64,000 bases of DNA from a virus (lineage: Duplodnaviria; Heunggongvirae; Uroviricota; Caudoviricetes): IMG/VR virus record IMGVR_UViG_3300050500_000527; one strand, written 5' to 3'. Under the pieces are notes generated by a model, which was not told the DNA's origin, did not search any database, and saw only the letters and a program-made list of their open reading frames with translations. The translations under genes were made by a program, and so were the position numbers. Shown piece by piece: positions 16,391 to 25,669 of this stretch. Numbering within the stretch: the stretch's first letter is position 1; each line of letters begins with the position of its first letter.

Positions 16391-18754
16391 TTAGAACGCT
16401 GGGGCGCCCGTTCCGGGCATTTCACGCGGGATATTCAGCAGGCCCATCGGCGCCGCGCCGCCGTCGGGACCCAATTCCATCGGCAAACCTTCGAAGAACT
16501 TGCCGCCTTCCGTCGGGAGCGCGCCCAACTGGGGCGGCCCGTCGAGGCTCATGCGGGAAGACGGTGCGCCGATCATTGGCGTCGGCGTTTCGTCGCCCAG
16601 CAGGCCGAGCCCGGCGAAGTCGTCCAGGCCGTAGCCGCCGAGCGGGTCTTCGTTCTTGTTGCCTTCCGTCGTGATATAACGGGCCTTGGCTTTGTCCAGC
16701 ATCGCCTGGGAAGCTTCCGCGCCCGCTGAGGCTAGGTCCAGCACCGTCTTGGCGCGGACTGCCTCAGTATCGGCCTGGGTTTTACCAAGGCCCATTTTAT
16801 CCACGATTAAGCCGAACTGCTCACGCTGAGCGATGGCTTTGTCTTTTTCCGCAACGGCCATCAGCTTATCCAGCTCGGCCTTAGCGGCGGCCATAGCCAT
16901 TTGTTGCTGCATCTGCTTCTGTGGGTCGGGATCCTTCAGCATGGTCTTGAGCGATTCGACCAGCTTGGCGGGCAGCGGCGAGTATTCCAGCAACAACAGT
17001 ACAATCTCGGGCGTCAACATATCCCGAATGGCGGGCAGCATCAGTTGGATCACGCCCCACGACTTTTCTTTCTGGTTGGGCGAAGTCGGGGCGTCGTCGA
17101 TGATAATGTCGTAATCGCCCTGGGTCTTATCCCGGAGCAGTTGTACGAACTTAAAGCCGTCCGGCCCAGTAACGCGGATCCACCGGCCGTCGCTGAGGTA
17201 ATTCTGCATCATGTAGAGCCGCACTCGGCCTACGCCCTTGCGGTAGCGCCTCAGCGAGTCGAACAACGTCGCGAGGATCGTCATTGCCGCCTGTTTACGC
17301 TGCGCTTCGAGGATGCCCGGCTGGGTGGCGTCGCGCATGCCCAGCAGCTCGAGGTTGATGCCGACTGTGTCGCGGATCGAGGTAATGGCGAATTGCAGCA
17401 AATTCATATAGGGCGCGGCGATGCCGCCGCCCGGCTTCTGGATAATCTTGCCTTTCTGGATGGCTTCCTTGCGCACCCAGGTAATAGCGTCGGGCTGGGC
17501 GTAGGTCTCTTCGGCTTCGCGCTGGTCGGGGAAGGCGTCTTCTTCAGCTAGGATGCCGCCCTTCGCCGTAGCGTTCAAGATGTGGAGCGACTGGCTGAGC
17601 CACTTATTGGCCCACATCTGCGGATCTTTCATCAGCCGCGTTAGGCCGAACCAAGTGCCCTCATTACGGTCGCGCTCGCCAGTGATGCACTGGAAGGTGA
17701 AGCGGTCAGCGACCGGCGCCGGGCGCACTTTGTTCAGAATGGAGGCGCCCAGGAAGGCTTGCTTATAGACGCGGCGGCGGCATTCCAAGGCGATGAGCGG
17801 CCGATCCAGCATCATGTAGCGCTTAGCCAGGCGCTGATATTCTTGCGGCGAATATTCTTGCGGAGCGCTGCCGGTGGCCGGATCCACGACGCGCCAATAG
17901 ACCTCCCGCTCCCACCACTGGCACTGCACGATGTGCACTTCGGTTTTGGGATCGAAGTCGAATTTCAAGTTTTCTTCGCGGAGGCGCCGGTCTTCGACGG
18001 GCTTTACCGGCTCGGTATTAATGCCCGCGGCGCGTGCCCAGGAGGCGTCGAGCTCAACGTCGGGCACGCCGGGGAAGAGCTCGCGGGCGTCGCTTAGCGC
18101 CATCTTACGCACGCGCCACACGCGGCGCGCATCCATCAGGTTCTTAGCGCGAGCGTTGTAGTCCCAGAACATCTCTAGCGGGTCGACGCGCTCTTCAACG
18201 TAGGTGCCTTCGGCGTCGAGCTCGAAGTCCAGGCGCATCTCCGTCCAGCCCATACCGCAGATGCAAGTATCCTGGAAGGCGTCGGACTGCTCATCCTGGG
18301 CGTCGCACCCGTCGCCCATCCACCGCGACCCCTCGGACAGCAGCTCGTTGAACTCGGCTTGCTGCATATTGGTGGCTTGGCGGGGCAGGAAGGCGATCTC
18401 ATGTCGGCCATTGATTTCAATGCCGGCAACGGATTTAATGATGGCGAGTGTACGGTTGAAGGTAATCGGGACGCGGCCCTGATCGGTTAGGGCACGCTCG
18501 TCTTGCGGGTCCCATTGACGGCAGGCCACGAAATCAAACTCATCGCGCGCGGCGCGGCGCCATTTGTTGGAGAATTGTGCGTCGAGGTCGAACCAGGTTT
18601 TAAGGGTCCGATAGAGCATCTCTTCGGTAAGCTGAGAAGGCGCCGAGGGCCGTTCTTCAATGCTTGCCTCCCCACTATGGGGCATGCCGGGCACGCCGCC
18701 ATTCCTTAATTTGGGATGGCCTGCATCGTAGTGTTCTACTGTGTAGTCGACCAT
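16391..18754 (-). CDS. portal (head-to-tail connector) protein, podovirus-type, 787 aa
   Basis: Large acidic protein in the terminase gene cluster with a C-terminal helical barrel-like segment (QMQQQMAMAAAKAELDKLMAVAEKDKAIAQ). Segments WDPQDERALTDQGRVPITFNR and GINLELLGMRDATQPGILEAQRKQAA resemble portal wing/clip regions. No search was run. Confidence 0.5.
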   Translation of the reverse strand: MVDYTVEHYDAGHPKLRNGGVPGMPHSGEASIEERPSAPSQLTEEMLYRTLKTWFDLDAQFSNKWRRAARDEFDFVACRQWDPQDERALTDQGRVPITFNRTLAIIKSVAGIEINGRHEIAFLPRQATNMQQAEFNELLSEGSRWMGDGCDAQDEQSDAFQDTCICGMGWTEMRLDFELDAEGTYVEERVDPLEMFWDYNARAKNLMDARRVWRVRKMALSDARELFPGVPDVELDASWARAAGINTEPVKPVEDRRLREENLKFDFDPKTEVHIVQCQWWEREVYWRVVDPATGSAPQEYSPQEYQRLAKRYMMLDRPLIALECRRRVYKQAFLGASILNKVRPAPVADRFTFQCITGERDRNEGTWFGLTRLMKDPQMWANKWLSQSLHILNATAKGGILAEEDAFPDQREAEETYAQPDAITWVRKEAIQKGKIIQKPGGGIAAPYMNLLQFAITSIRDTVGINLELLGMRDATQPGILEAQRKQAAMTILATLFDSLRRYRKGVGRVRLYMMQNYLSDGRWIRVTGPDGFKFVQLLRDKTQGDYDIIIDDAPTSPNQKEKSWGVIQLMLPAIRDMLTPEIVLLLLEYSPLPAKLVESLKTMLKDPDPQKQMQQQMAMAAAKAELDKLMAVAEKDKAIAQREQFGLIVDKMGLGKTQADTEAVRAKTVLDLASAGAEASQAMLDKAKARYITTEGNKNEDPLGGYGLDDFAGLGLLGDETPTPMIGAPSSRMSLDGPPQLGALPTEGGKFFEGLPMELGPDGGAAPMGLLNIPREMPGTGAPAF

Positions 18755-18784
18755 TGCTTAGTGCCCTACTCCCGCAGGCCGCCT

Positions 18785-19387
18785 TTATTCGACGCTCGCC
18801 ATCTCTAGGGTGACTTCGAATGTCTCACCTGAAGCGGGGGCATAGGCGCCCAGGGCTTCTAGGAGGCCGTAAAGGCGTCGTTCGCGGGCCGAGACGGATT
18901 GCAGGTCGAAGTTGATTTCTGGGCTGGCCGCGGCGGCTTTAATAACGTCCGTCGCAGTCACGAACGCGCCCGTGCTTAGGTCTAGGGCGATTGTGCCCAG
19001 GAAGTGTTGGGCGGTAGCGACTGCCAGGGCACCGTTATCGCCGTTCGTTACGACGGGAGATTGGCTGAAAAGGTGTAGGTTGAAGCTGGCTGCCGTCACC
19101 GTTTCGCTGTCTTTAAACAGCCGAGCGCGGCGGATAATACCACGTCCAGAGCTTAGGCGGGACGTGGTGAATTTGAGCGGGATAACGTCAGCCGCGTCTA
19201 CGTCATTGGCGATAAGGTCGCCCGCCGTGTAGGCGGTTGTGTTCGCGGGACGTGTAAAACTATTCGAAACCGAGATAATCATCTGATAGAGTCCCATCAT
19301 TGGTGAGGCCGCGTCACTTTCATCTTCAGCCGCCTCCGCTTGGAGCAAGGCTCCACCGATCAGAAGCGGTGAGTAGAGCCAGCTCAT
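18785..19387 (-). CDS. hypothetical protein with N-terminal signal-peptide-like segment (200 aa)
   Basis: MSWLYSPLLIGGALLQAEAA then an acidic stretch; function unknown; lies between the terminase large subunit and the portal. Confidence 0.35.
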   Translation of the reverse strand: MSWLYSPLLIGGALLQAEAAEDESDAASPMMGLYQMIISVSNSFTRPANTTAYTAGDLIANDVDAADVIPLKFTTSRLSSGRGIIRRARLFKDSETVTAASFNLHLFSQSPVVTNGDNGALAVATAQHFLGTIALDLSTGAFVTATDVIKAAAASPEINFDLQSVSARERRLYGLLEALGAYAPASGETFEVTLEMASVE

Positions 19388-19737
19388 TAGGCAACCTTTG
19401 AAATTCGCCAGTTAATGGCACGGTCCGTGCCCGCTGTTTTGTCTAGGGTCATATCCCACCCCACGCCCAGGATCAGGGAAGGCGAAACCCAGATCGGCTG
19501 GGACTGTACGCCTGTAAACGTCGCCTCGTAGACGACGCGCTGGGTGTCGCCAGTGCGGACTTTTTCGTACACCTTGAAAACGAATGTGTCGCCTGCGGCT
19601 AGGGCATTAAGGTCAATAAAAGCCTGATACAGCCCCGCATTAACGTCTACGTCAGGACCAGCTGTATCCGTCGTCAGCGAATGCTCGGTTGTTCCGATTG
19701 TTTCGGTGCCAGTATAGGCTTCAACGGTGATGGCCAT
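19387..19737 (-). CDS. hypothetical protein (about 116 aa, start MAITVEAY)
   Basis: ORF in the codon-biased frame; beta-rich threonine/valine-rich sequence. Confidence 0.35.
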   Translation of the reverse strand: MAITVEAYTGTETIGTTEHSLTTDTAGPDVDVNAGLYQAFIDLNALAAGDTFVFKVYEKVRTGDTQRVVYEATFTGVQSQPIWVSPSLILGVGWDMTLDKTAGTDRAINWRISKVA

Positions 19738-19750
19738 GGTCGTTGCGTTC

Positions 19751-20845
19751 CTATTGCACGAGGTAGGCAGCACAATCCAAATTGGTCTGTGCACCATTCA
19801 AGACGCTGCTGGCAGCACCCCGGATTTGGAGCTGCGTGCCCGCCGGAATATCGCAGAAAATTGGCCCCTGATAGAGCGAGACGCCGACTTCCGTCGAAGC
19901 CATGCCGCGATAGACGCGTGGTCCGATTTTCGTTCCGCCCGCGCCAAATTGGAAGTCGTAAGTAACCTTGGCTGCGGAAGCGCCGGTTACGCCACCGACC
20001 GCCCACTGGGCTGCACCGGACCGTGCTGCAGCTGGCGAGCCCAGGTTCGTCCAGCTGGAGAAATTCCCACTAACTGTGCCGCCCGACACGTAAGCATTAA
20101 CGAAAGTCGAGCCTTGGAGGTCGATATGAGTGCCGTCCACCACTGTAATGGTCCAGGCCCCGTTCGCTTCGGTGGTGCCCGTAACACCGGCTACAGCGCG
20201 CCGGTCGCCGGTCGTCATGCCAGTTGTTGAGGCGACGGTAAGGCGGATTAAGCCGCTACCGTTATCCGCGGCGCCCGAAACTGTAATCGCGCCGCCCGGC
20301 GTATGGAGTTGGCCGAGGCTATTCGCTGCATCGAAGGTGGCGATGCTTTGGACTTTCTGGCCGCACCACCAAGAAGCCGGGTTCTTATTGCCGCCGAACG
20401 CAGCGGCCAGCACGCGCGTGGAGGAGGGCGCCGAACCACTCTGCATACGGATGCGCGCACCGAGCGAGGCCCCGGCCGGTAGCCAGAGCGGGAAGTGGTA
20501 GGAAAGCGGGATGGCTGCGCCAGTGGCATTATAGAGAATCGTCGTGGTGAATCCGACGATGAGGTCAGCGATCAGCTCCGACCAGTTCGTGCCTCCGGCC
20601 GGATCGATCAGCAGGTCCATCAGCGCCGCATTGGCAGCATTGGACGTGCCCAAGCCCGAGACGGCCAGCCACAGATACTCGCAGTCATGGGCGAGCGCGG
20701 GCATCACTGTAACAGCCGTTCCGTCCGCGGAAGACACGCCCGCCGTAATGCCCGCACCGAAGCCCGTAGCGTCGTCCGCGAAGGGCGGGCCGAAATTGTC
20801 GGAATAATGGGCGAAGCAGGGGCCGCTCGGAACGATTAGACTCAC
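19751..20845 (-). CDS. hypothetical structural-like protein (364 aa, glycine/alanine/threonine-rich)
   Basis: Long ORF; composition resembles a beta-rich virion or fibre protein; no motif recognised. Confidence 0.35.
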   Translation of the reverse strand: MSLIVPSGPCFAHYSDNFGPPFADDATGFGAGITAGVSSADGTAVTVMPALAHDCEYLWLAVSGLGTSNAANAALMDLLIDPAGGTNWSELIADLIVGFTTTILYNATGAAIPLSYHFPLWLPAGASLGARIRMQSGSAPSSTRVLAAAFGGNKNPASWWCGQKVQSIATFDAANSLGQLHTPGGAITVSGAADNGSGLIRLTVASTTGMTTGDRRAVAGVTGTTEANGAWTITVVDGTHIDLQGSTFVNAYVSGGTVSGNFSSWTNLGSPAAARSGAAQWAVGGVTGASAAKVTYDFQFGAGGTKIGPRVYRGMASTEVGVSLYQGPIFCDIPAGTQLQIRGAASSVLNGAQTNLDCAAYLVQ

Positions 20846-20905
20846 AGCATATCCTCCGTTACATCTTCGTTCATGGCCAGCCCCCGCTCTTAAACGCCCC
20901 TGAGA

Positions 20906-21313
20906 CTATTGGTTGCGCGTAATCGTGGTCAGCTTTTTGCGCAACTCGATGGCCAGGATGAACGTGCCATCGAAGGCGGCGGACGCATGTTTGTTGTACA
21001 GCGTTACAGTGATGACGCCCGCTGTGGCCACGGCCTTAATAACGGGGGTGCCCGCCGCGGACGTGCCGCCATTCCAGGTCACTTGGACGTAATCACCGGC
21101 TTCAGCGCGGCCGTGGTTGATGGTCAGCGCTTGGCTCGCTGCCGCGGCCGTGGTCAACGCTTCCGTCGTCACCTGCATGGCCAGGCGGTCGGGATTCGCC
21201 GTGCCAGCATTCGAGCTCAGGGTGATCGCGTCGATTTCCTGAGCAATACCCACCATCTCCAGGATGCGGTTGCGGTAGGTCATATCCCGTACAACGGGTC
21301 CGCCAGTCGACAT
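20906..21313 (-). CDS. hypothetical protein (135 aa)
   Basis: ORF in the codon-biased frame; alanine/threonine-rich. Confidence 0.35.
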   Translation of the reverse strand: MSTGGPVVRDMTYRNRILEMVGIAQEIDAITLSSNAGTANPDRLAMQVTTEALTTAAAASQALTINHGRAEAGDYVQVTWNGGTSAAGTPVIKAVATAGVITVTLYNKHASAAFDGTFILAIELRKKLTTITRNQ

Positions 21314-21368
21314 TTCTATTATCCTCTCAAGGGGTTGTTCGCTTCACCCACAGGATGATTGCGTTAGA

Positions 21369-21596
21369 TCATGACGCTACAAAATCCCCATGGATGTTTG
21401 CCGCCATGATCTCAGCGGCTGTTTTGAGCGCGGGGATGAGGTCGGCGCTACCAGGCAACACAAGCTCTTCGTCGCGGGGCGCCATGTTGGGCTCGGTAAA
21501 CTTGAATCGCACCACCTGCTTCTTGTCGCGGTAGTACATACGCACGTCGCTTACGGTGCCTACGGGGTGCAGCGCATCGACGAGCGTAAGGCGCAC
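21369..21596 (-). CDS. hypothetical small protein (about 76 aa, GTG start next to the upstream stop)
   Basis: GTG at 21596 lies 1 nt after the TGA of the 200-aa gene. The longer ORF start at 21731 would overlap that gene by 134 nt. Confidence 0.3.
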   Translation of the reverse strand: MRLTLVDALHPVGTVSDVRMYYRDKKQVVRFKFTEPNMAPRDEELVLPGSADLIPALKTAAEIMAANIHGDFVAS

Positions 21597-21597
21597 A

Positions 21598-22200
21598 TCA
21601 ATGATCCCCACGGGGAGCGCCCTCCTTCTTGGGCTTCGTCGCCTTCTGGGCTGCGGCCTGCAGGACGCGCTCGTGACGAGCAGTCTGCTCTTGCAGGGCC
21701 TGATCGAGTTCGCGATCCTTTTGCTCCACAATGGCCAGGAAAGTCGCGCCGAGCTTCGTGATGATCGCGCTCTTGGGAAGCGGGTGAAGCTTGCCGCTGA
21801 GGTGCGCCCGGTTGAGCTCTTCCCATTCGTCGATCATGTCCTGGGCGAGCTCCTCCCATTCATGATAGTTCCAATGCGTGATGCCGCGCACGGCTATGTC
21901 ATGGCGAAGCTGATCTTGAATTGCGGGTCGCATCCAGCCCTGCACGGCCCGACCGAATTCAGCGCCGAGGCCCGCCCAGCCAACCAGGCCCGCGGGCGGC
22001 GAATAGGGAATTTCGAAGACGCGGCCAATGGGTGCATCAATAACTTTGACCACCGCAGCAACGCGGATGTTCTTATTGATGGTCCGTAGCGAAAGACGGA
22101 TGATCTCGGCGGGTTCAGGATAACCTAAAACTTCTGCGAAGCCTGCCTTAAAGGCTTCCAGTTCTTGACCCCCGATGTACTTACGGTAGACGCTAGGCAT
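21598..22200 (-). CDS. hypothetical protein (200 aa)
   Basis: AGGAGC ribosome-binding site upstream of ATG at 22200; first gene after the AT-rich island. Confidence 0.4.
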   Translation of the reverse strand: MPSVYRKYIGGQELEAFKAGFAEVLGYPEPAEIIRLSLRTINKNIRVAAVVKVIDAPIGRVFEIPYSPPAGLVGWAGLGAEFGRAVQGWMRPAIQDQLRHDIAVRGITHWNYHEWEELAQDMIDEWEELNRAHLSGKLHPLPKSAIITKLGATFLAIVEQKDRELDQALQEQTARHERVLQAAAQKATKPKKEGAPRGDH

Positions 22201-22382
22201 GGTTGGGTTTAAGCTCCTGTACTAGCTTTCATGCATGGCTAGCACCCTACCATTTATTGCTTTGAAATCATGCAGAAATTTATGCTGCACAACCTAACAA
22301 CGGTTGTAATACAGTAAAAAGTCAAGTAAAATCGTCACCGGAAGCGCTTCTTCGTCGGTGGGCTTCCAGCTTTCATGTTTTA

Positions 22383-22420
22383 GGGCATATTGGGGCTCGC
22401 TTTCTCTCCCTGGAGGCGAG
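22383..22420 (+). terminator. hairpin GGGCTCGC-N15-GCGAGCCC followed by TTTTACTT (terminator-like on the plus strand) inside the AT-rich island 22201-22429
   Basis: Perfect 8-bp GC stem plus a T-tract, seen directly; there is no plus-strand gene upstream. Confidence 0.35.
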
Positions 22421-22429
22421 CCCTTTTAC

Positions 22430-23881
22430 TTATGCCGCCCAGCCTGATACTCGTTTTGGCCGAGTAGAGCGGTGCAGGCCGGGCTTAACCTTCCGGTCTA
22501 GGCCCGCGGCGAGGGTTAACAGAAAGGCGTCGGCACGGTTCGGAGATTTGACACCGCGCTTTTTCATGTCTTTCTTGGACTCTACCACGATGCGGCCGTT
22601 AGAGTGGAAGTCATAGGTCGGCTGGCAGAGCTCGGCGATGGTGGCCTCGTCATTGAAAATGCAATTACGATCCATAAAGAACTTCCGGCCTTTGAACCAG
22701 AGTTCATCGCGCAGCCTCATATAGAGGTCGTCTGCACTGGGCACTTCGCCGACGTTAATGCCTGTCACGGGCAGGCGCAGCTCATTTAGCCGATCAACCA
22801 CGCCCGCGCCCAGGCCAATTACGTCGACCAAAATCTCGATGGGGCGCTCATCCGGATGGGTGGCATTGTATTCGGCCATAATCAGGCCCGCCACCTGCAT
22901 TGTGTCTTTCTGGTGCCACTCCTTAATCGGCTCTAAGAGCTTATTGCCCTTCCGCTTACACAGCGCAGTGCTGTCGTCGCCGTAACGGGCCACGTCAAGC
23001 CCCCAAACGGGGATGACGTCCGGAACGGCAATCTCTCGGAAACGCGCCGCTTCCATGAGTTCGAGCGGGATAACAGTTTCGTCGTCGGCGGTCGGGAATT
23101 CACCCAACACGCGGACACGATATTTGTTGGATCCCTTCCCGTAAGCCGCGATAATATCGTCGATGTGACCACGGGCGCGCGGCACGTCTTCCGAGCTAAC
23201 GACGAAGGTCTTCCACCGGCCGCGCAGCTTGTGGTGCGTATCATAGAAGAAGCCAGAAGCGCGGGTCGGGTTGCCCAGGAGGATAGCCTTGGCACCCGGC
23301 GAGGAGAGCGACCCCTGGGCGACTTCGAACACGATGTCATCGATGCCTGAGGCTTCGTCGATGATGTAGAAGGTATTCGTACCACGCAGGCCTTGCAGCG
23401 CTTCCGGGTTATTCTTAGAGGCAGTGCGAGCGACGGCGAAGGCGGCTTCCGCGGCGACCTTGATAAAGACGCGTTCCTTTTGGATCTCCACCTGTTTTTG
23501 GAGCTCTTCGGGGAGGCGCTTATGCCACTTGGTAATTTCTGGCCAGTTATTGTCCCGCAACTGATTCTGGCTGTTCGCCGCAATCGGAATCTTAACGTCG
23601 TCATGGGTCAACAGCGCCCAGAGCACGATCCAGCTGATAAATGCGCCCTTCCCCACGCCGTGGCCGGAGCGGATAGAAAGGCGATCATGCTTGGGAATAG
23701 CCCGCAATACTTCTTGCTGCCAGAACTCTAGCTGCGGCTCATTCTTCGGGTTCGGGGCGCCGAATGGCAACACGCCCAGGACGCCCGTAACGAAGATGTA
23801 GGGGTTGTTCTTGGATTGTAGCCAGGCGAGCTGCCAGCGTGGCAATTGCGGAACGACGGGCGGCTCTAGGAGGTCAACCAA
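22430..23881 (-). CDS. terL: terminase large subunit
   Basis: ATPase Walker A-like SGHGVGKG and Walker B TFYIIDEAS; C-terminal RNaseH-like nuclease motifs VWGLDVARYGDDSTAL and SPNRADAFLLTLA; 483 aa. Confidence 0.85.
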   Translation of the reverse strand: MVDLLEPPVVPQLPRWQLAWLQSKNNPYIFVTGVLGVLPFGAPNPKNEPQLEFWQQEVLRAIPKHDRLSIRSGHGVGKGAFISWIVLWALLTHDDVKIPIAANSQNQLRDNNWPEITKWHKRLPEELQKQVEIQKERVFIKVAAEAAFAVARTASKNNPEALQGLRGTNTFYIIDEASGIDDIVFEVAQGSLSSPGAKAILLGNPTRASGFFYDTHHKLRGRWKTFVVSSEDVPRARGHIDDIIAAYGKGSNKYRVRVLGEFPTADDETVIPLELMEAARFREIAVPDVIPVWGLDVARYGDDSTALCKRKGNKLLEPIKEWHQKDTMQVAGLIMAEYNATHPDERPIEILVDVIGLGAGVVDRLNELRLPVTGINVGEVPSADDLYMRLRDELWFKGRKFFMDRNCIFNDEATIAELCQPTYDFHSNGRIVVESKKDMKKRGVKSPNRADAFLLTLAAGLDRKVKPGLHRSTRPKRVSGWAA

Positions 23882-24365
23882 ACAACGCCCTCCGGATACG
23901 GACGAGCGCGGGCAGCGCAGCCTGCTCCCGAACGGGATCGGCTAGGGGTTTTTGGGGGTTTTTGGGGGTTTCCTGCTCCTGTTCGGGAGCCATCGCCCGG
24001 TCAGCGGAGGCACGCACCGCCCAAGTGTCAGGTTTAAGGTGCCTTCGGCTCAGCGCGCGCTGCGGCGAGCGCGCCGCGGTAAAGGTAGGCGGTACGATGC
24101 GGAACTGTTCTAGGCGATTTTTGTCCTGGAGCTCCACCTGGGCGACGAGCGATTCCGGTCGGTTATGCTTCATGCGGGCGAAGGCCCAGAGCTCCGTGGG
24201 GTCATGAGCGGTATCGAACATCGCCTCACGCACCGCTTTCCGCAGGATTGGCGGTAGCTTATCGAAGCACTCCATCCAATAGCGGGTGCGTTGCTCGTAA
24301 CGCGCACTAACGGGCGTGGAATAGTTCAGCGCGATAGATTCAGGCCGCTTCTTCCGGCGTGACAT
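23874..24365 (-). CDS. hypothetical protein between the terminase subunits (163 aa)
   Basis: Overlaps both terminase genes by short distances; contains the (GGGGGTTTTT)3 tract that encodes TPKNPQKP. Confidence 0.4.
   Translation of the reverse strand: MSRRKKRPESIALNYSTPVSARYEQRTRYWMECFDKLPPILRKAVREAMFDTAHDPTELWAFARMKHNRPESLVAQVELQDKNRLEQFRIVPPTFTAARSPQRALSRRHLKPDTWAVRASADRAMAPEQEQETPKNPQKPLADPVREQAALPALVRIRRALFG
23945..23972. repeat. tandem decamer (GGGGGTTTTT) x about 2.8 inside a coding region
   Basis: Seen directly; homopolymer runs G5/T5 repeated three times. Confidence 0.6.
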
Positions 24366-25110
24366 CGATAATGTCCTGGGTCAGCATTGGCGCGACCTGC
24401 CCCTGGGCCACCATCACCCAAAGGTTGCGGAAGGTCTCGTCGGCGCTGAGGTTGAGGTTGCTAGCGGGGTTCCAATCCTGCTTCCGGCGCGAGCGCAACC
24501 AGGCTTGGCACGCACCAACGTCGGGCGGAAGATGCTTCATCACTGGAATGACGTGCACCGAGCCCTGATGGGTCTTAAACTCTACGTCCGGATAACTATA
24601 GCCGACGGCCCGCTGGTAGAGCGAGCGGATTACCCGCTCGTCGGGTAGGTCTTTCCCGATAATCATCGCGCGGAAGAACTCTTCATGGCGCGACTGCCAG
24701 CCCCACATGGTGCTCATCGAGACGCCCAGGGCGCGCGCCACCTCAACGTCGGTGCCGCCCAGCTCACAGATCGTCTTAGCAATGCGGGCGTATTCGGAAC
24801 GGTAGGTGGTGCCCGCTTCGCCGCTCATGCAAGCTTGCTTTTGCAAGGCGCTGGCTTCGGGAATAGGCTCACCGCGGGGCAGGTAATCGCCAGGCTCAAT
24901 AAGGGGCGGGCCGGGCTGAGGCTCGTGAGGATGCTTCCCGTCGCGCAACTCCTGGAACGCGCGCTCGGCCGTAAGGTGCCGCTGAGCGGTATGCCTCCGG
25001 CCGCGCTTCTGTGCATTCGCCTTATTGCCCTTGGGCTTCTTCGCCTTACCTTTCGGAGGCGAGGTCCAAGCAGATTTGGATTTTTCTTCGTCGGACATGG
25101 AAAATGGCAT
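24340..25110 (-). CDS. terS: terminase small subunit (helix-turn-helix, Terminase_2-like)
   Basis: YARIAKTICELGGTDVEVARALGVSMSTMWGWQSRHEEFFRAM...ERVIRSLYQRAVGY matches the conserved helix-turn-helix core of small terminase subunits; lysine-rich N-terminus; immediately upstream of the terminase large subunit. Confidence 0.55.
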   Translation of the reverse strand: MPFSMSDEEKSKSAWTSPPKGKAKKPKGNKANAQKRGRRHTAQRHLTAERAFQELRDGKHPHEPQPGPPLIEPGDYLPRGEPIPEASALQKQACMSGEAGTTYRSEYARIAKTICELGGTDVEVARALGVSMSTMWGWQSRHEEFFRAMIIGKDLPDERVIRSLYQRAVGYSYPDVEFKTHQGSVHVIPVMKHLPPDVGACQAWLRSRRKQDWNPASNLNLSADETFRNLWVMVAQGQVAPMLTQDIIDVTPEEAA

Positions 25111-25183
25111 GAAAACGGGAAGTTATCATGGCCAGTATGTCTGAGTGCTTAGAACCCGACAAGATAAAACGTACTAGATACTA

Positions 25184-25534
25184 TCAGGACGCTTGTAAAA
25201 AGCTTATCCGATCTCCTTCCGCGAAGCGCAGCATCGTTTCTCCGGCGATAATAACCGAAGTGTCCGTGGCTTCTACAAGCGTTTGACCTGCGGCCGTATA
25301 TTCCATATGCACGCGGTAGCCTGCATCGACCTGGATGAGCACCATCTCTGTTTTGGCGGGTGCCAGGGAAGCGTCAGTGTGGACGGGGGTGACGAGGTCG
25401 ATGGTGAGCTTGGCTCGGCCGCGGGGCGGGTGGTTGAGAACATAGAGCGAATCGCTGTTCGGGCGGTTCGTCCCCCCGGAGGAAATCTTCAGCGAGCTAA
25501 GCCCAGGGAAGGCGAACACCCGAACAGAAGCCAT
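25184..25534 (-). CDS. hypothetical protein (116 aa)
   Basis: ATG 3 nt after the stop of the small glycine/lysine-rich ORF; no motif recognised. Confidence 0.35.
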   Translation of the reverse strand: MASVRVFAFPGLSSLKISSGGTNRPNSDSLYVLNHPPRGRAKLTIDLVTPVHTDASLAPAKTEMVLIQVDAGYRVHMEYTAAGQTLVEATDTSVIIAGETMLRFAEGDRISFLQAS

Positions 25535-25537
25535 GGG

Positions 25538-25669
25538 CTAGTAGCCTTTCTTGCCGCCGGAGGGCACCTTGGGCGGTTTGGGCGTCGCGGGCGCTCCGGC
25601 CTTACCGCCGCCCTTCATGCCGCCCTTCATGCCGGGCCCACAATTTTTGTTCAGCCAAACATCTTGCAT
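25538..25669 (-). CDS. unannotated 43-aa glycine/lysine-rich peptide (MQDVWLNKNCGPGMKGGMKGGGKAGAPATPKPPKVPSGGKKGY)
   Basis: GGAGAG ribosome-binding site about 7 nt upstream of ATG 25669; stop is 3 nt before the next ATG; absent from the ORF track because it is under 60 aa. Confidence 0.3.
   Translation of the reverse strand: MQDVWLNKNCGPGMKGGMKGGGKAGAPATPKPPKVPSGGKKGY

Noticed and set aside
15899-16729. 276-aa plus-strand arginine-rich ORF across the scaffold/portal junction
   Set aside because: Extreme arginine/glycine content; antisense to two well-supported minus-strand genes.
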